64,000 nucleotides of DNA from Selaginella moellendorffii (lineage: Eukaryota; Plantae; Lycopodiophyta): contig NW_003314320.1 of the NCBI RefSeq assembly GCF_000143415.4, positions 556,586-620,585 of the forward strand, given 5' to 3'. Numbering within the stretch: position 1 is the first letter of the stretch; each line of letters opens with the position of its first letter. The translations under genes and the position numbers were made by a program. Under the pieces are notes generated by a model that was given only the letters and a program-made list of their open reading frames with translations, did not search any database and was not told where the DNA came from. Positions 59,787-64,000 of the stretch are shown here, piece by piece.

Positions 59787-59884
59787 GGCGGGGCCACGTC
59801 TCCCGCGCGATTATATCGACGGCGGGGCGGGCTATGAAATTTTAGGGTTCTTGGGCGGGGCGAGGAACAAAGAGGGGGAGCTAA
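59787..59884. promoter_or_regulatory. 98-bp divergent (bidirectional) promoter region between PPR and NMT
   Basis: Head-to-head ATGs at 59786 (-) and 59885 (+); contains a central TTTTAGGGTT telo-box flanked by GGCGGGGCG boxes. Confidence 0.6.
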
Positions 59885-61105
59885 ATGTACCGGCGCGGCG
59901 TTCTTTCGCCCGAGATGCGCGCGTCGCCGGAGAGCAAGCGGCACCAATTCTGGGAGACGCAGCCCGTAGGTCAGTACAGGGACAAGGAGAATGCCGATCT
60001 GCCCGACGGATCGATCGAGCCGGCGACGCCGCCGTCCGAGGTGAAGCAGGAGCCCTACAATCTCCCCAGCAGCTACGAGTGGTGCACCTGCGACGTCAAC
60101 TCGGAGGACGCCATGGCGGAAATCTACGCGCTGCTCACCAACAACTACGTCGAGGACGATGACAACATGTTTCGCTTCGACTACTCGGTGGATTTCCTGC
60201 GCTGGGCGCTCCGCCCGCCGGGCTACTTCCCCAACTGGCACATCGGCGTCCGAGCAAAGACCTCCAAGAAGCTCGTCGCCTTCATCACCGGCGTCCCGGC
60301 CCGGATCCGCGTCAAGGAGTCGGTGATCAACATGGCCGAGATCAACTTCCTGTGCGTGCACAAGAAGCTGCGATCCAAGCGCCTCGCGCCGGTGCTCATC
60401 AAGGAGGTGACGCGGAGAGTTCATCTGGAGAACCTGTGGCACGCTGCCTATACCGCGGGCGTCGTGCTGCCGACCCCGGTGGCGACTTGCCAGTACTGGC
60501 ACCGCTCGCTCAACCCGAAGAAGCTCATCGACGTGGGGTTCTCGCGGCTGGGCGCCAGGAACACCATGAGCCGGACCATCCGGCTGTACCGCCTGCCAAG
60601 GGAGACGGTGACGCCGGGGTTCCGGGCCATGGAGCGGCGCGACGTCGCCAAGGTGACGGCGCTGCTGCGCGGCTACCTGGCGCAGTTCTCGGTGGCGCCG
60701 GTCTTCACCGAGGCCGACGTCGAGTACTGGCTGCTCCCCCTGGAGAACGTCGTCAACAGCTACGTCGTGGAGAACCCCGAGAGCCGCGAGGTGACCGACT
60801 TCGCGAGCTTCTACACGCTGCCGTCGACCGTGATCGGGAACGAGCAGTACTCGGTGCTCAAGGCGGCCTACTCGTACTACAACGTCTCCGGCGCGACGCC
60901 GATCGCGCAGCTGATGAACGACGTCTTGATCATGGCCAAGCGCTGCGACTACGATGTTTTCAACGCGCTCGACATCATGCACAACGAGGATTTCCTCAAG
61001 GAGCTCAAGTTTGGCCCCGGCGATGGCCACTTACACTACTACCTCTACAACTACAGGATGAAGGAGGCGCTCAAGCCAGCGGAATTGGGACTGGTTTTAC
61101 TTTGA
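59885..61105 (+). CDS. NMT1: Glycylpeptide N-tetradecanoyltransferase (N-myristoyltransferase)
   Basis: HQFWETQPV, NYVEDDDNMFRFDYS, EINFLCVHKKLRSKRLAPVLIKEVTRR, KFGPGDGHLHYYLYN, C-terminal GLVLL. Confidence 0.98.
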   Translation: MYRRGVLSPEMRASPESKRHQFWETQPVGQYRDKENADLPDGSIEPATPPSEVKQEPYNLPSSYEWCTCDVNSEDAMAEIYALLTNNYVEDDDNMFRFDYSVDFLRWALRPPGYFPNWHIGVRAKTSKKLVAFITGVPARIRVKESVINMAEINFLCVHKKLRSKRLAPVLIKEVTRRVHLENLWHAAYTAGVVLPTPVATCQYWHRSLNPKKLIDVGFSRLGARNTMSRTIRLYRLPRETVTPGFRAMERRDVAKVTALLRGYLAQFSVAPVFTEADVEYWLLPLENVVNSYVVENPESREVTDFASFYTLPSTVIGNEQYSVLKAAYSYYNVSGATPIAQLMNDVLIMAKRCDYDVFNALDIMHNEDFLKELKFGPGDGHLHYYLYNYRMKEALKPAELGLVLL

Positions 61106-61556
61106 TCACCAAAGCTTCGATCGATCGTTCGTCCCTCTTTTTTTTTTTCTTTTTTTTCTCTCTCTCTCGATCTCTTTTGTTTTTTTTTTGTTTTTTATGT
61201 TCTTGCCGCGATCTCGAAGCGCTCGCTAGCTGTGCTTTCCATTGTTTTTTCTCTTCGCTGGGTTTTATCCCACGTCCACGTCACTGCCAACGTGGCGCGG
61301 TGATACTTCTGCGTTACCCTTCTATCAGGTGCTACTCGGGTCACATTCTTTTTGGACGATTGGATTTAGGGTTCTTGGCTAGACGCGAGCAAGGCGCAGC
61401 ATTGGATCCATGTAAATATCGCGGAATTGGTGGATCCAGGCAAGAGCGTCCAGATCTGAGCGCCTGTTTTTGGCTGATGATCTTCCGGAATGGCAGGGGT
61501 GGAAATAAGAATTCCCAGCGCAGCGGTGAAAACAGGGAGATCGAGAATCGGGCACG

Positions 61557-62826
61557 ATGCCGAGCGAGCTTCTGAGTTTCCAGCCGACGGAGCTCAAATT
61601 CCCCTGTAAGATTCTCGACCCTGTGTTTTGTGTGGATTCCGCGGTCTAGTAGAGTAAAAATTTCTCTCGATTTCGTGCCTAGGCTTTCCAATCAAGGCTG
61701 GAAGGCTTCGGAGAGGTAGACATTTGTTGCCCCCCAGAATAGAGGTCCAGCTTGCGAAGACTTTTGGATCTAAGCTTTGTCCTAATTTCGCTCGCTCTGT
61801 TTGTTTTGCTGGAAATAGTTGAGTTGAAGAAGCAAATTGCTTGCCCCTTGGAGCTCAAGAATAACACCGACGAGTATGTGGCGTTTAAGGTAACCAAGGA
61901 AGAAATGATACGTCTGTGTGAGTGCTCTAATTCTTTGTTCTTTTTATTTCCAGGTGAAAACTACATCACCAAAGAAATATTCTGTTCGTCCGAATGCTGG
62001 TTTTGTTCCACCTCATGGCAGCGTTGACATTATCAGTATGTTCTCTCTTCCTTTTTTTTTTGTTTTTTCTATTAAGATTGACCCCGTGCTTGTTTGCTCC
62101 AGTCACCATGCAAGCACAACGAGACTATCCCCCAGACCTGCAGCAGTGCAAGGACAAGTTCCTTGTGCAAAGTGTTCGAGCACCGGAGGGTGCTCAGTTT
62201 CAAGAAGTGTCCCAGGAGCTGGTCAGTTCATAGCTTTCTAAACATCGTTGGTTTAGAATTGTTTTGGTGCAGTTTAACAAAGAGAATGGGGCGGAGGTTT
62301 TCGAGAACAAGCTGAAAGTTGTCTATGTCTCTCCGCCTCAACCTCCGTCTCCGGTTCCCGAGTCCGCCGAAGAAACTGTTTCTCCATCAAAAGCCGACAA
62401 TGGAGACTGGATCTTTTCACTGAGAGACGTAAGACTTTTCATACCTTTTAGCTGCACGAAACTCGGATGGACACGTTGTTGGTTTACAGGGGCCTAAAAC
62501 TGCCGGTGAACTTGAGAGCAAGATTGCAGAGGTAACAAGTATCGTGAACGTGAGTTTTAAGCTATCTGTTGCTTGCAGGCACGAGCATCCTTGACAACAC
62601 TGTCGAACGAGCGCGACTTGGCAAAGCATCAAACGCGAGAGCTCGAGCAAGAACTGGTACGGAATCTAGTTTTTCTAGTTCTTTTCTAAAGTAGGACCCG
62701 TTGCAGGCCAATGCTAAAGTCTCTAGCAATCACACTACAACCTCGAGAGGGCATGGTTATTCACTCTTTTTCGTTTTTTTTGTGGGAATCTTGGGTGTCC
62801 TGGTGGGGTATTTTCTTAGACATTAA
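61557..62826 (+). CDS. VAP27: Vesicle-associated membrane protein-associated protein (VAP27; MSP domain, coiled coil, C-terminal TM), multi-exon
   Basis: MPSELLSFQPTELKFP|FELKKQ...VAFK|VKTTSPKKYSVRPN...TMQAQ...PPDL.QCKDKFLVQS; ends in the hydrophobic GYSLFFVFFVGILGVLVGYFLRH*. Confidence 0.93.
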
Positions 62827-63018
62827 CTTATAGTTAGCGTGGTTCACATTGTTTGGTTATGACGTGGCTGAAATGAATATGTCGATTCTATATGCCTTTG
62901 TGTGTATCGTCTCGTCCTCGAACTTAGAAGCCACTGAGGAATTCGCCCTGGCGTATCTGTTTCGGCAATGCAGTACTTTATAAAAATCTGGTAACGATTT
63001 TTCTCTCCTGAAAGTTCG

Positions 63019-64000
63019 ATGTTTACCTTGGAAAGTTTTGCAGGTGCATGGCCGATGTGTGTTATTTTTATGTTCATCGCTACTGGCTACTATGTTATCC
63101 TTAAATCGAGACCAAGCTGCCGCCGACAAGTTTTGCCTCCACCAGGGAATTCCGGCGAAACTTTTATGCTCTTTACAACGCTTCCAGATAAGTTTGTGGG
63201 AAACCACCGTAAAAAGTGCGTAACCTTGTGGATTGGGATCTGGAATGGCTGACAAATGGGCTTTTGATTCAGATATGACATACTTTCAAGCTACCTTATA
63301 CGCCATCCAACTGTAATAGTTTCGACGATTGATGCAAACAAGTTCTTTTTGGAGCAAGAAGGCTCCAAGTTTTGCAAGGCGTCCAAGCTGAAGTCTATGA
63401 GAAACACATTGTGGCCGCACCAAGTGAACCAGGCAAACGATGACTTGCATCGGAGATTTTACAAGCTAATTCTCGCACACATGGTACCGGAAGTTCTCAA
63501 ACAGAAGGTTCAGAAGTTTGATGAGAGTGCGCGCAGATGGCCTGTCCGAAGGTGTGCGCACTGTGATGAGGCCAGAGATGGAAAAGGTATTTGGAACGAA
63601 AGCTCGATGAATGGAACTGACTTTGCCAATGCTTTCAGTTCACATTTCTTGGGATCGCGAGCTTGGTTTGCGACGAGGGAGTTGGATCCACAAAACTTAA
63701 CAACACAGACAATTTTGAATGACATCAGGGCATTGACGAAAGGCATCGTCAGTCTTCCAGTAAACGTACCATTCTGTGTTTACAGGTATGCAATTACAAT
63801 ACTTAAGGTTTTTTATTCCGAGCACTTTGTTTCAGGCTATCTTACTTTAAAACGATTATTTGTCAAAGACAAAGAGATTCAGAAACTCCGCATGCTGATT
63901 TGCTGCAAACTCTTCTAGACTCCAGAGAGGATGGAGGGCCTCTGTCAACCGATGAGGTTGTTGATAATTGTATTGCGTGCCTGTCATGAAGTTTCTGCAT
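63019..64000 (+). pseudogene. Cytochrome P450 (CYP85-clan-like) 5' portion, probably a pseudogene
   Basis: N-terminal TM, LPPPG..GET, KY.....L..HPTVIV....ANKFFL, GIVSLPVNVP, GPLSTDEVVDNCIA. It lacks the usual G.P..G spacer before GET and the frame breaks where the I-helix AGxET is expected. Confidence 0.65.

Noticed and set aside
59729-61575. 433-aa antisense ORF and 407-aa alternative-frame ORF over NMT
   Set aside because: Very high GC3 suppresses stop codons; the products are low-complexity and have no recognisable domain.

Overview
Eukaryotic land-plant nuclear DNA, most likely a lycophyte such as Selaginella. This is inferred from very short introns (some ~45-90 nt), tightly packed GC3-rich genes and many intronless S-motif-rich PPR genes. 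The window has four zones. (i) 1-11.7 kb is a nest of retroelements: a young Ty3/gypsy element (uninterrupted gag-pol running off the left edge, iMet PBS, ~1.15-kb LTR with a hexamer array) inserted into an older decayed gypsy element, whose RNase H is itself interrupted by a TRIM carrying a captured Penelope-type RT fragment. (ii) 12-21.3 kb holds an orphan ORF, a PPR gene, an alpha/beta-hydrolase-CAAX protease gene and a RAD6-like E2. (iii) 21.5-34.8 kb is an AT-rich transposon graveyard (solo LTR with perfect TSD, two TRIM families, integrase remnant, nested tandem repeats). (iv) 36-64 kb is gene-dense: three phytocyanins, uL22, a CRLK1-like kinase, a possible C2orf81/DUF4639-like protein, a three-exon EPFL-like peptide gene missed by the ORF track, PDF1-like, three more PPRs, an AGP, NAIP-like, a GH9 with a DAGD->DAGN change, NMT, VAP27 and a CYP85-clan pseudogene. 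The best leads are the TRIM with captured PLE-RT and post-PBS T-arm/B-box motifs, the atypical EPFL, a miR408 site with a central mismatch, the GH9 lacking its catalytic base and a 31-bp gene-to-gene spacing. Family assignments come from motif recognition only; no searches were run.
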